Part shown: one piece after another, positions 49,301 to 61,569 of the stretch
How positions within the stretch are numbered: position 1 is the first letter of the stretch
Layout: the number at the start of each line of letters is the position of its first letter
DNA from: Emiliania huxleyi CCMP1516
Lineage: Eukaryota
Direction of reading: 5' to 3'
DNA length: 64,000 nucleotides
Assembly (NCBI RefSeq): GCF_000372725.1
Contig: NW_005201493.1
Location: forward strand, 218,475-282,474
The notes under the pieces: model-generated
What the model saw: only the letters and a program-made list of their open reading frames with translations
The model's database searches: none
What the model was told of the DNA's origin: nothing
Position numbers and translations under genes: made by a program

Positions 49301-49756
49301 GATATGGGGAGAGCTGCGGGAGATGTAGGGAGATCGCGGCTCTTTTGGCACCTCTCGGGGCCGCCTTCGACCGCCTTCTCCCGCCTTCTCCCGCCTTCCC
49401 GCCTTCTCCCGCCTGCTACCGCCTTCGACCGCCCTCCGCCGGTCTCAGGCACCGTCGTCTCGCACCACGCCTCGCTCTTCCGCGTGCTCTACTCTGACGG
49501 CGACGAGGAGGACGTGCCGCTGGCTGCACTCGCCAAGCTGGCGCTCGCGGCGCCGCAGCACCTCGTCGGCCGGCGAGTGTCGAAGCACTTCCCCGGCCTC
49601 GGCCGCTTCGAGGGCGCCGTAGCGTCGCACTCCTCCCGGGACGGTTTCCTCGTCCAGTACGACGACGGAGACGAAGAGCACCTGGCGCCGCCGCAGCTGC
49701 TGCGCATCTTGCTGCCGGTCAAAGGGAAGGGGCGGAAGAAGGCGTGCGGGGCGTGA
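46320..49756 (+). CDS. Prolyl 4-hydroxylase-like 2OG-Fe(II) oxygenase with two C-terminal Tudor-like domains
   Basis: EPLQVV.Y..G..FD.HHD, R..TIFVYLN...G.T.FP, P..G.AL.F.N, DPR..H, N.W. The C-terminal unit VG..V.K.F...G.F.G.V......V.Y.DGDEE occurs twice. Confidence 0.85.
48061..48626 (+). repeat. 75-bp tandem repeat of a polypyrimidine tract, AG acceptor and exon start (7 full, 1 partial)
   Basis: CCCCACAG|CTCAACCTCTCCGTGCAACCAGCCTGCGGCACGGCCCTC repeated. Confidence 0.95.
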
Positions 49757-49935
49757 GCATGCGGTGTCGCATCGCGACGATGTGCCGTTCCGCTCTCTCG
49801 CGAGTCCGAGGTGGGCCCCGGCCGGCCGGAGCCCCTTCCTAGGCGGAGGCCGGAGCGGCGCGATTCGGGTTCATTACTTGTTGTACCATACCCAGAACCG
49901 AAGAAATAATGTACGACACGCCGTAAAATCATGCG

Positions 49936-51170
49936 CTATGCAAGTAGTCTATAAAAGTTGAAGCCGGGGTGGTGAGCGTGCCCAGACGCGCTACGGCCGC
50001 CCATGCAGTTGTTCCTCCCATCCGGCTTGTAGGCAAAGAAGCCACATTCGGACCTGTTGTAGCACGAGGTCGCGCACTCCTCGAGGCTAGCCGCCGGCCT
50101 CTTGAACAGGCGCGCGCCACTGTCGGCCGCGACCTTCGTGTCTTCAAGCAGTAGCTCTGCTGGCGCGCAAGCCTCCTCGCTCCACATCAGGTATGTCGGG
50201 TCGTTGTAGTTGCAGCCGGTGCTGCACGCGTGGCTCTTCGACTTGAGCTCGTCGACGCCGCACAGGCGGTACCCGTGGGCCTCGCATGCCAGTGCTGCTT
50301 CATGCAGTGTTGCATCGTTGACGCCTGAAACGCCAGGTAGCCCCGAGACGCGAACGGCTCGCGAATTGCCACCATATGGCTGGTCGACAGGGCACGCCGA
50401 GACTCCCCTCCCATCGTCGTCGCTGCAGCAACGTACGCTACCTTGCGCCTCCGCTAGCACGCACATTGCCTCGCCACACCCGGCAACGGCGAGCACGGCC
50501 AACGGCAGTCGTGGCAAGGCCGGCGGCGGCAGCGATGGTGGTGACGGTGGCACGTCTACCGCCCAGACGAGACCGAAGTCGTGCCCGCATCCTGTTCCCT
50601 TGGCGCAGTCGGTGGCGAGCTCATCGACGGAGCAAAGCCGCGCGTCGACAGCCGCGCAGATAGCCTCGGCCTGGGCGAGCGTTTTCCCATGCTGGCAGCC
50701 GTCCATGGTGGGAAACCTGGACTCTGCCCAAACCGAGCACATATCTCTCCGACGCCACCCGCTCTTGGGCGTAGTACACCTTGCCGCTCAAGCTGGGCGA
50801 CATATTTGTCATCTGGAACCCGCGGTGTGGATTTACCGGCCTCGCTCGCACCGTCCCATGACAAATCGTGACTTGGGTTGGTCCGCGGTAGGCGAGACGA
50901 CGAGGCGGCTCCCGCACCGGGCACGGAGGTCACCGGCAGCGAGGTGCCGCTGCCCGCTTTTGCGAAACGACCCTCGGCGACGGGCGCGATGACCCTCCAG
51001 GACCGCGCGACGACGAACGCGGTCAGCGTCGACCAACTCGTGCAGTGGTGCACCGTCCACAAGGCGACGGTGAACATCTCTTTGAGGATCGACGCCGCCA
51101 ACGTCGACCAGACTACCGACTCTCCGCTCGCCTTCGATGCGGTCTGGAAGAAGTGCTTTCGACTTACATG
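49936..51170 (-). CDS. Cys-rich repeat protein (two EA..C...RLC..EL..C.GTGC units and a PAN/apple-like end); 5' structure uncertain
   Basis: Conserved Cys spacing in the 268-aa ORF; upstream ORF pieces lie in other frames. Confidence 0.55.
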
Positions 51171-51557
51171 ACTCTGTCTTCAAGAATTTTTGTACTGTCC
51201 ATTATTTTCTGAGAGTTGTGAGTAGAGTCTAGAGATACATAGATGACAAAATCGAGGTGGGAGCTCGTGGCAGGGGGGGGGTGGTATGACGACGCGCGAC
51301 GTCCGACGAGAGCACCTGCGCGCCGCGTGTGCGCCGCGCGCCCAGTACAATAAACAGCATCTCTCCAGAGAGTAAACACACGATCGCGCAGAGAACGGGT
51401 AGACCGATGGCAGCGCTGCGGCTCCCTCTACCCTCAGGGAGAGTCGTCGATCTTTTTCTTCGCCGCGGCCGCACCCTTCTCGAGCGCGCCGAACAGGCCC
51501 TTTGCCAAGGTCTTGGAGATGTCCCTATAACACGCGACGACCGCTTACGGGACCATG

Positions 51558-52127
51558 TCACGGGCGAGCGGTAACAAGTGAAGTTTGGCGGCTCCCGAAT
51601 TTGTATTCCTCGTTGCCCGTCGCGGACCGCACCTGGCCCTCAAACCCCTTGATGGCGCCCTTGGTCAGGTCGCCAAACTGAGGCGGCGGGAGTTTTGGAG
51701 TGGTTGCGATGCGAGAGAGGGCAGCGGAGAAGGACTGCAGCGCGCGCGCCTGGTACCCTGAATCGTCCAGCACCTTCTTGGCCGCCGCTCCAGCCTCGAC
51801 GGCGGTGCCGCCTGCGTCGAGGACCGCTGCGGCTGCGGCCTCTGCGGCGTCTGTGGTGGCGGACGCGATCGCCTTGGACCCGTCGCCGAACCGGTAGTCG
51901 GCGTTTCCAGTCATGTCGCGGATCACTCGCAGCGTGATGTCACCGAACTTGTAGTCGTCCTCGTGCGGGTGCGGGTACTCGCCCTCCTTGGTCTTGTCGA
52001 CCGCCATGCAGACGCGATGAGATGGAAGCCTAGCGAGCGAGCTATCCGAGGGCCCGACAGCTGGAAATGCACGCCGCAAGGACGGGAGGGTGAAGCCGCT
52101 CGCCAAGAGGAGCAGGTTCATTGTCAT
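51558..52127 (-). CDS. Small predicted plastid-targeted protein with Y.FGD.T repeats
   Basis: Signal-like N-terminus; YKFGDIT, YRFGD, FGDLT and YKFG units. True 3' end uncertain. Confidence 0.65.
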   Translation of the reverse strand: MTMNLLLLASGFTLPSLRRAFPAVGPSDSSLARLPSHRVCMAVDKTKEGEYPHPHEDDYKFGDITLRVIRDMTGNADYRFGDGSKAIASATTDAAEAAAAAVLDAGGTAVEAGAAAKKVLDDSGYQARALQSFSAALSRIATTPKLPPPQFGDLTKGAIKGFEGQVRSATGNEEYKFGSRQTSLVTARP

Positions 52128-52449
52128 GATTTCGCACTCTCAAAAAGAATTCAACTGTGACTGAATCGTTCGCGAGATTTCGCACAGCTCGCAGAGCGTC
52201 GCGTGGCCGCATGGGTGGTTCCGAACGGTGCGAAAGGTGGCTCATGCACACAGTGCAGCTCTCGCCGTCCTCGACCTCCATATACAACACATGTTTATAT
52301 TGGCCCCTGGGGGGTGCGGGACCCCGCAGCTTCACGGCAGGTCAGCGTCTTTTACGCCCTGGTGAAAAAGAATTTTAGAAAGTCCCTAAGCTAAAAGTAC
52401 GTACACATGCGAGTTCCAGTCGCTACACCTGCATTCCACTCAAATCTAC

Positions 52450-55192
52450 TCAAGAACGGAACATGTCTGCGTACGGGATCAGGTTGTCATTACCGAAGTT
52501 CCGCAGGTTGGGCATGACGGCCTCTAGCTGGCTGTCCTCGACGCCAACCCACTGGGCAAGGTTCTTCCAGATCGCCTCCCACGACGAGGTTGGTAGCATG
52601 GGCGCATTGGAGGAAAGGCTCTGCGGCCCGTCAACCCTGAGCTCGGGGAAGGCGCCACGAATGTTCCCACCGTTCACGCTGCCGCCCATCAGGTAGTGGT
52701 TGCCGCCCCACGCGTGGTCGGTGCCGGCGCCGTTTGTGTCCAAGGTGCGTCCAAACTCAGACATCGACTGCAGGGCCACACTCTCCCACACGCCCTGCGC
52801 CTTCATCTCAGCGACAAAGGTGGAGAGAGCGGGCTCCACGTGCTCGCGAAATGCCTTTTGCATCGCCAATAGCAGCTCGCTGTGATGGTCGAAGCCGCCC
52901 ATAGCGATGTAGAACAGGTCCACTTCTGCGTTCAGCGCTTCTCGGGCCGATATGACCTTCGACACCTGCTTCAGCTGCTCGATGAGGCGGCTGCCACTCG
53001 GCCAGCTCTGTGTGAGGGTGGTATCTGCGAGCTTTGCTGCAATATCCTCAGAGTCGTCCAGTGCCCGTCGCACTGCTGAGTTGAAGTTGGTGGCATACAA
53101 CGACTCCGTCTCCATTCCAGCCAGCCGCTTGAGCGTGCGCATCGTCGCCTCGCGCTCCTCGATATTGTATGCGTCGGCCGCGGTCTGTGATCCCCCAAAA
53201 GTCAGCATCCCCTTGCTGGAGTCGAGGAGGATGGGCTCGACAGGACTGCCGCGGAACATCGCGCGCGAGCTTGTGATGGAATAGGGAGTCACCTTGACGG
53301 GCGCAGTCCCTGCGGCCTCCGCCTGGTCATAGAGCGCCTTGATGATGCGCCCCAGGATGCCAGTCTCGCCCGTGGTATGCTGGGGCAGCAACGATTCCGC
53401 GGCGCCCTGCATCAGGTCGTGAGCGAAGATCCCGGCGGGAATTTGCCGGTCCTTGTCCAGGTACTCCTGCTTCGTCATCGGCTCCACCATCCCACCCACG
53501 TTGGCGACCCAGAGCGCCTCGCCGTCCGCAAACGTTTGCTGCAGCGTGGGTAGCTCAGGGTGCACACCGAACTTGGTGCATGGCTGTTTATTGCTCGCTG
53601 GGACATCAATCTGGAGCAGTGAAGCCGGGTCTAGCGCGACGACACCCCGCGTCTCCAAGTACTGCTGCGCCACATTTCTGTCGTCGCAGCCAGAGTGCGG
53701 GACGAGCACGTTGAAGGAGTCGCAGCCTCCACGCATGTAGAAGAGGATTAGAGCTCGGTAAGGACGTGAGGCGCGCACCGTCGGAGGCAGCGTGGGTGTG
53801 CTGGGTGGCGCAGCCACGGCGGTGCTCGCTCCTGGAATGTTCGTGATACCAAAGGCAGCCGTGGAGGCCACCAGGCGCTGTGCGAGACGGATTGCATAGT
53901 CTGCATCGGAGCGCGCCCGTGCCGCTTCGTACTCGGGGAGGTTCTCTGGCGCGGGCGCAGGAGTACTGCATGCATCGGCAGCAGTGCAGTTGATGGTGGT
54001 GGTCGGGTCGTCTCCGAAGAAGGGCGTCCATCCATACACGACGTGCCGTTCCAGCGCCACTGCGTCAAGCAGCAAGCAGGGCCCGAGGAGGAAGGAATGA
54101 AATGCCCGGTACGTCCCAGGCTCGTAGATGCTCGAAGACCACTTCCACCGGAGTACTGTGCCACCGGCTCGGCTGTCGTAGCCGTAAATTTCGACAGCTC
54201 CACCTTTGTACCGCATGTCGATCCCGCTCCCGCGGGTCGCTGCCGCCGTCGAGTAGACATCGCCACCGTCGGCGCCGATGTGCCTCAGCACGCCGTCCCA
54301 CGTGAAACAGAGAACCTCCCCCACAGCGTTTGTTAGGTACTCCCCCCTTGCAAGGCTTGGAGGCGCGGTGAGGCGGGCCAAGAGGCTTCAGGGCTTCAAA
54401 GCGAGAAAACTCAAAGCGAGTCGCAAATGCTGACTCTACTTCGTACTGCGCAGCAACCCCTTCAATGGCACCCTCAGCCATCGCCTCCGTCCGAAAGCGG
54501 CCTGAAAATGGATATTCGTCGACCCGACCAACGCGCGGCGACGCGGACGCAAATGCTTGACCTATAATACCGTGCGGTGACGCCGCCATTGCATAGCTAT
54601 CTGCGCCGAAGCCAATGTCCAGCCGATGAGTTGGTCCGGAGATTCGGTCGTATACGTGCCTTCCAGAGACACGGACCACCCAGCCACGTATTCTCCACTG
54701 CGCCGTCGAATAGCCCATGGTGATGTTGAGCTCGTCGCACAGCTTGTGTCCGCCGAGGCCAAAGGTGAAGGGGCGTCCTCCACAGGTGCCATTGATCACC
54801 TTCCAGCCGGTGTTGAAGTCGTTCAACTCACTCGCCCAAAAGGAGACCGCTGCATGCTTGTGCTTGTGCCCTCCGACGATACCCGTCAGATGGGCTTCGG
54901 TCATGAATGACCCGTCGACCACCAAGTGCCCGAGCCTGAAGCTGGCGTCCTCAGTCTTTACGTTCACCGCGAGGCCAGGTGCGGATATGAAGCAGTACAG
55001 CTGTCTGTGGCGGCCACGGAAATCGGCAGAGCCGCCATGCGGAAATTTGAGGTGGGGGTCACGGGCCGCTTGAGCACAGTCGTCACCTTCAGACCACGAG
55101 AGGATTTGCAGCAGCAGCACGGCAAGAGGAGAGAGCCTCCCTGCCGATTGTCTCCCAGCCGATTGTCTCCCAGCCGATTGCGTTGTGCACAT
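52450..55192 (-). CDS. DUF1501-domain protein with N-terminal vWD-like (DPH) and lectin-like segments; frame break near 54390
   Basis: GG.DSFN.LVP, FGVHP, ANVG, GFD.H, SEFGRT..NG.GTDH.WGG. Upstream ORF RDPH..F.HGG.ADFRG. Confidence 0.8.
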
Positions 55193-55556
55193 GTCGGCAG
55201 CGTCTAGAGACGCCCTTTGTCTGTCCGACGGAAGTCCATGAAACAGACCAAATTTGGCGGGTCGATGCCGCATGGCCACACGGCCGACGACAAGACTCGT
55301 GCCTTGAGCACTTGAGCACTGGCTTGGGTCCTCAGCTCATGGATGGGTGCATGTTTCTGCCTGTGTTGTGTCGTGTGTGTCGGGTTGTCCTGGGGAGGGT
55401 CTAGGGGGCATCAATCACCATCCTCCCCCACGCCACGCATGTCAGGCTCGGCGGCCGCGAGGTCTCGCGACGGCTTGGGTGGGGGGAGAGGGGGGGCACA
55501 TCGCAGAGACGTCGTACGTCCACCCCCACGCGGAGGAAATGCCATGTGCATGTTAC

Positions 55557-56160
55557 ATGTCGTCTGCTGCGCGTGCCGCCACCGCCCTCGCGCTCTGCGT
55601 GTTAGCGTCCGCGCAAGACACGGCAACGCAGTCGGGAACAAACGCCGCCTACAAGTATCTGGCGGCGGCCCAGACGGCGCGGCAAGCGACGGAGCAGAGG
55701 TTTGCCAGGTTGGTGCCGTCGCATTCTTCACTCACCCAGGCGGGTCTTCGGCTGGCCGCAGAGGTGGCGTCGCTGCAGCAAGATCACGCACAGCACGAGA
55801 GTCTTGTCGCTGCTGCTGCGGAGGCCGCCGGCGAGCTCGACTATCAGGCGTCGGGCTCCCGCCCTTCTCAACGCGGTTTTGTGCCTACAACAGCTGATGC
55901 ACGCCCCAATCGCTCAGGAACTCGCGGCGATCCAGCAGCGCAGCCTTGCGCAGATGAAGCAGCAGTCGAGGCTGGAAGCGCTCGAGCTGGCGAGGGACAC
56001 CATCGAGCAGGAGGTCGATCAGCTCTATGCCCCGCTGGTTCCATCTACAACAAGCGATGACCAAGAGGCGAGAAACAGGCGGTCGATGATCGAAAAGTAC
56101 GAGCAGAGAAAAGCTGAGCTAGAGGTGATTCGGCGGCGGACTGAGAAGGAGTTGAGTTAG
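55557..56160 (+). CDS. Secreted coiled-coil protein (2 exons)
   Basis: Signal peptide ALALCVLASA; a GC-AG intron at ~55848-55893 joins two helical ORFs. Confidence 0.55.
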
Positions 56161-57377
56161 CAATTCGCTCGCGTGTTCCGGTCGGAGACGGAGGCGGTTG
56201 CAGCCCTCCGGCGGGCGCTGACCTCTACTCCACGGTGCGTCTGTCCTCTCTGGGAGCATCGACATGCAGCGCGCCGGCGCCGCGCGGTTGTGCTGGTGGG
56301 GCGAGCGTCCACCGGCCAGCTAGCTAGCTCAGCGCCGCCGCCGGCACCCTGCGGCCACCGGCCGCAGGTCCAACGTCTAACTGTTCGTGGACTGGCTTGC
56401 CACAACCGGAGCGCGATTCCAATCCGCTGAACTGTATGCGTGACGCATACACGTCTCTGTGGTCGTGTGTAGTAACTCTGTGTTAAGAACGACTGAGATG
56501 CGCTGCTTCTGCAGCCCTAGCCAAATCTTAGTACGAGTATATATTCCAAACACCGCACTCCTTATGAATAAAGCGGGACTCTTGGGCTAATCACTCCTTA
56601 TGAATAAAGCGAAGAAAGAAATCAGAAGTAGAACGGACATCCCGGCCATCCCGCCCGGTCATCCCGACCATTCCGGTCTGTCATTAACCACACATGACCT
56701 CACCTCCCCTACCCCCACTCCACACTACACTCAGAGCCTAGGTGCCGCCACAAATGAGACAGCGCACAGAACAAAGACAAGGTTTGGGGCAATTCCCTTG
56801 CCAGGCATACTTATCAATGGTGGATGAGGCGTGCTGAGGCTTTCCCGCCCTGCAAGCACTTTCGGGTACTCGACCAGGTAGAGCCGGTATGCGTCCGCTT
56901 GCTTTCGCACCTCCGGTTCCTCCAACTTGCTCCAGTCGCCAGCCTTCGCAGCTGACACAGCCTCAGTAATCTCGGGTCATCTCGGCCAATCTCGGGTCAT
57001 CTCGGGGAATGATGAGTAGGCGAAACTGTAGGCGCCTGCGGAACTGTAGATACGGGGGGCCTCGTGTCGTGTGGCCCGAAAGGTAATTGGAGTTTAGCCC
57101 CGTCCAAGACGAGTTTTTTGTACGGTACGTTCACATTAGAACGATCGCCTTGGCTTGTGCGAATCAAGAATACGCAGGCCCGCGCGTGGCCGTGGGGCTG
57201 GGGGGGGAGTCGGAGAGGGCCGGTCGGCGGTCGACTGTTGTTGGAAGTATACACTGTCGCGTCGTACTAGCACGGTGGAGTTTGAGGGGGAGTGCCCGTA
57301 CCCGTGATGTGGACCGCTAGGTGTAACAGCAGCAACGTCAGTAACCTCGGCTCCTGCGCTCCTCGCCTCCCTGCTCA

Positions 57378-58805
57378 CTACCCCGGCGCCCACGCCTCGA
57401 CCTTCTTGGGCAGCAGCTGGTTCGACAGGTCCTCTCCGTGGCCTAGGCAGCCGTGGCGGCCCTGACCCCACGAGAAGAAGGCGCCGTCGGCGGTGAGCGC
57501 GAGGCTGTGGCAGCCTCCAGCCGACACGGCGATGACGCGCTGGGTAGCAAAGGCCTCGATCTTCTTGGGCAGCAACTGGTTCTGCTGCTCGTCGCCGTGG
57601 CCCAGCTGGCCCCAGCCTCCATTGCCCCAGCTCCAGACGGCTCCGTCGGCGGTGATGGCGAGGCTGTGGAAGTATCCCGCCGACACAGCGACGACGCGCT
57701 GGTCAGCAAAAGCCTCGACCTTCTTGGGCAGCGGCTGGTCCTGCGTGTCGCCGTGGCCAAGCCTGCCAAAGGCTCCATCGCCCCAGCTCCAAACGCTGCC
57801 GTCGGTGGTGAGGGCGAGGTTGTGCACCTCTCCAGCCGACACAGCGACGACACGCTGGTCAGCCAAGGTCGCGATCTTCTTTGGCAGCAGATGTAGCTGC
57901 GTGTCGCCGTGGCCCAGCTGGCTGTCTTCGCCAAGGCCCCAGCTCCAGACGGCGCCGTCGGCGGTGAGGGCGAGGCTGTGGCGCGTTCCAGCCGAGAGTG
58001 CGATGGCCCGCTGCCCTGCGAAGGTCTCGATCTCCTTCGGCAGCAGCTGGATGTGCTGGTTGCCGTGGCCCAACCGGCCTCGCCCTCCATGGCCCCAGCT
58101 CCAGACGTCTCCGTCACCGGTGAGGGCGAGGCTGTGCTCGCGTCCAGAAGAGACAGCGACGACGCGCTGGCCCGCCAAGGCCTCGATCTTCGTCGGCTGC
58201 CACTGAACCTCATGGTCGCCGTGGCCCAGCGCGCCCGAGCCTCCCTGGCCCCAGCTCCAAACAGCGCCGCTGCTGGTGAGGGCGAGACACTGGAATCCTC
58301 CAGCCGACACGCTCACGGCGCGCTCACCGCCCAGCGTGGAGGGGAGGCGGGTCGGCGTGTTGAGCCGCGTCACGCCCTCGCCGTGGCCAAGGAGGCCTGC
58401 GGCGTGATCCGGCGCAGAGCCGCACGACGAGAGCCGCCCCTCGCCGTCGATGAAGAGGCTGTGCCAACAGCCTGCGGCCGCCCTCGCCGGCGGGTTGGAC
58501 TCGCACAGCAGCGCCGAATAGCACAGCCAACGCACGGCGCAGCTCTCGCCCTCGGGCAGCGCCGGCAGCTCGAAGGCGCGCTCTTGCGCCCACAAGCGGA
58601 TGCCCTCCAGCGCAAGTGAGGCGTGGAAGAGCAGCGAGACGGCCGCGACGCGAGCGATGTCGGGAGGGTTGCAGCGGGAGATGGCGCGCACGAGGAGCTC
58701 CGTGGGGAGGTCGAGGAGGCGGGTGGGCGGCGGCGTGTCTGGCGAGGGGGCGGCGGTGGAGGAGGAGGCGAGGCGGCGCGAGCGGCGGCGCGGCGGGGTG
58801 GACAT
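57378..58805 (-). CDS. RCC1-repeat protein with an F-box-like N-terminus
   Basis: LLDLPTELLV..I; about 7 repeats of VSAG..HSLALT.DG.VWSWG.G..G.LGHGD. Confidence 0.93.
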   Translation of the reverse strand: MSTPPRRRSRRLASSSTAAPSPDTPPPTRLLDLPTELLVRAISRCNPPDIARVAAVSLLFHASLALEGIRLWAQERAFELPALPEGESCAVRWLCYSALLCESNPPARAAAGCWHSLFIDGEGRLSSCGSAPDHAAGLLGHGEGVTRLNTPTRLPSTLGGERAVSVSAGGFQCLALTSSGAVWSWGQGGSGALGHGDHEVQWQPTKIEALAGQRVVAVSSGREHSLALTGDGDVWSWGHGGRGRLGHGNQHIQLLPKEIETFAGQRAIALSAGTRHSLALTADGAVWSWGLGEDSQLGHGDTQLHLLPKKIATLADQRVVAVSAGEVHNLALTTDGSVWSWGDGAFGRLGHGDTQDQPLPKKVEAFADQRVVAVSAGYFHSLAITADGAVWSWGNGGWGQLGHGDEQQNQLLPKKIEAFATQRVIAVSAGGCHSLALTADGAFFSWGQGRHGCLGHGEDLSNQLLPKKVEAWAPG

Positions 58806-59015
58806 CGCAAGGAAAAGAATTTTACAAGCCTCTCTCACAGCACACTGGCACGACAAGGGCGCGGATAAAGGTGTGCCGATGGTGCCAAAGAAAAGGGACG
58901 ATCCAAAAGAAATTCTGCTCGGCACTCGCCGCCCCAGCCTGCCACCGCCCAGCTGCCCTCGCCGCTCCACTGTTGCACTCTTCCGAGCTAGCTGTCCGCA
59001 GAGCCCGAGCGCCAG

Positions 59016-61569
59016 ATGCCAAAGCGCGACCGCCAGCCCGAGCACTGGGGCTCGCTCGTCCCGCACAACTCCATGCACGGCCGCCGTCCCGTGCCGCTCT
59101 CCCGCCCGACAGTCGTCATTGGCAAAGGAGGCGACGTGCGAGCGCCGTCCAACCCGCATCTTTCGAGGCACCACATCCGGCTCGAGCGAGAGGGCGACGG
59201 CAGCGTGTACGCGACTCACCTCTCCGCGCTGAATTCGACATGGCTAAACGGCAAACGCCTCGAGCACGACCGGCGGACGCTCGTCGAGCCGTGCGCAGGC
59301 AACGCGCCGTACAGCCTCACAGGCGAGGCGCCCGACGCGCCGCTCCTCTTCGTGAGCGTGCCGAACGCTGCCAGTGCACGCGCGGCCTGCGAGGAGAGGA
59401 AGCTCAACGGCTGGTGCGGCTGGTCGCTGCGCCTTGAGCGAGCGGGCGACTGCGTTGCCGCTCCTGCCGGAGCCTCCGCTGCGCCTTCCGCAGAGCCGCA
59501 GCGAGGCGGAGCGCTTGTGCTCTGGTCCAGAGGCGGCGGCGACGCGGCGGCGGCTGAGACGGAGAAGCCCGCTGCGGCGGCGCAGTCGTGGGCGGTGGCG
59601 GCGACGGTGGCGGCGACGGCAGCGGCGGAGAACTCGGAGGAAGCGGAGGCAGAGGCGGCGGCGGCGGCGGCGGCGGACGCGACGGCGACGGCGAAGGCGG
59701 AGGCGGCAGAGGCGGCGGCGGCGGACGCGGCGGCGATGGAGGAGGCGGAGGTGGAGGCGGCAGAGGCGGAGGCGGCGGCAGAGCCGGAGCCAGAGTGGGG
59801 CTCGGAGGAGCGGCGCGCGAAAGAGACCATCTTCCGCGGCGTGCGGCTGCTGCTGGCGGCGCGGCTCGGCGACAAGCTGCGCGAGCTGCAGGAGGAGGTG
59901 GTGCGGCGCGGCGGCGGAGAGGTCGTAAGCGACGTGCGCGAGGCGACGCACTTGGCGCTCGAGTCGGACCGCCGCCCCTCCGAGCTGGCGTGCCTGGCCG
60001 CGCTGCCGGAGGCCGAGTGGCCGCGCCTCGTGACGAAGGACTGGGTCGGGCAGTGCTCCAAGGTCCTCTCCGCCGACGGGTCGCGGACCGACGTGCTGCG
60101 CAAGAACTTGCACCCCAGCGCGGTGACGGTTGCCCGAAAGGGTGTCTGCTTCAGTTCTCGACTATGTCGTGACGCGTCCACGGCACGTCCGTAGGTGGCT
60201 GCGGCGCGCGAGCCCGCCTCGCCCGAGGCGTCTGTGGGACCCGAGCCAGGTGGGGCGAGTCCGACGCGCCCGAGTTGCAACCTTTGCCAATGGGTCGGAG
60301 GCGGCGGCGGAGGGCCGGCGGCGGCGCAGGGCCTCGCAGGGCCGAGTGCGCTCAGCGAACCGCCCGCGTCCGACGCCTTCTTTGTCCGCGACCCGCCGTC
60401 GCCACCGCCGGAGCTCAAGCGCGCAAAGGAGGAGGCGAGGGCCAAGGCCAAGAAGGGCAAGGCAGCGCGGACGCACCAGCACCAGCAGAGTTGGGGCCCA
60501 CGCGAGATGAACGCGTCAAAGCACCGCTGCCTGCTGGCAGAGACCTACGAGAAGGAGGAGGACGACGAGCGGCTCGCAGAGGAAGTGTGGATAGCCACCG
60601 AGAAGTTCGACGGTGTGCGCATGCGATGGGAAGGTCACAAGCGTGGCTTCACCGGTCGCAACGGCCAGGGCCATTTTCAGCCCCCGGACTCCTTCAAAGC
60701 GCTGCTGCCGGAGGAGCACCTCGACGGCGAGCTGTGGGCGGGCCGGTGCCGGTTCTCCGCGGTCGGGTCTCTGCAGGGCACCAAGGGGTTGGGGAGGCGT
60801 TTGCACGAGATGGCCTGGCACAGCCTAACGTACGTCGTCTTTGACGCACCGCAAGTGGCCGGGCCCTACATGCAGCGGCTGGAGGCGGCACGCCGCGCGC
60901 TCGCCGCCGTTGGGCCGCCGGACGGGCGCATCGTCGTTGCGCCGGCAGTGCGAGTGGCGGACGCGACGGCCAAGGACGCGCTGCTGCAGCGCGTGATTGC
61001 CAAACGCGGCGAGGGGCTCGTGCTGCGGCGCGACGAGGCCTGGTGGCGTGCGGGCCGCCATGGCGCGCAGCACCGAATCCCCTCTTGCCGTCTCTCCCCC
61101 CCTCTTCTCTCTTCCTCTCGCCCTCTTCTCCTCTCTCCCACTCCTTCTCTCGCCGTCCTCTTCTCCTCGCATACCCGCGCAGCCTCCCGCCTTGGCAGGC
61201 CGCAACGTGCTCAAGGTAAAGCAGTGGCTCGACGCTGAGGCTGTGATCGTGGGCCACAAAAACGCGCACACCACCGGCAACTTGCCGACCGTGCTGGTGC
61301 GCGCGCTCAACGCGCCGAACGCCAGCCCGTCCATCGAGTTTGAGCTGAGCGTCGAGCGGCCGTCGCCCGAGGCTCTGAAGCAGCGGACGCTCCTCGAGGA
61401 CCTGCAGCTGCGATTTCCGGTGGACACAATTGTCACATTTGTGTACCGACAAATCTCGAAGGGGAGTGGGGCGCCCACCATCCCCGGAGGGGCGCCAAAG
61501 ATCATGCGAGTCCACCCCTTTGACTGTGACTGTTGTGTCTGCCGTCCCGAGGGTGACGATACTACGTGA
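59016..61569 (+). CDS. FHA-BRCT-ATP-dependent DNA ligase fusion (3 exons predicted)
   Basis: FHA-like IGK...LSRHH...NSTWLNG; BRCT-like F.G...GG.V....ATHL...LVT.DWV..C; ligase motifs EKFDGVR, LDGELW, VFDAP, EGLVLR, LKVK; OB-like tail. Confidence 0.82.

Noticed and set aside
60192..60194. In-frame TAG as stop-codon readthrough or recoding
   Set aside because: It fits a normal intron acceptor more simply.
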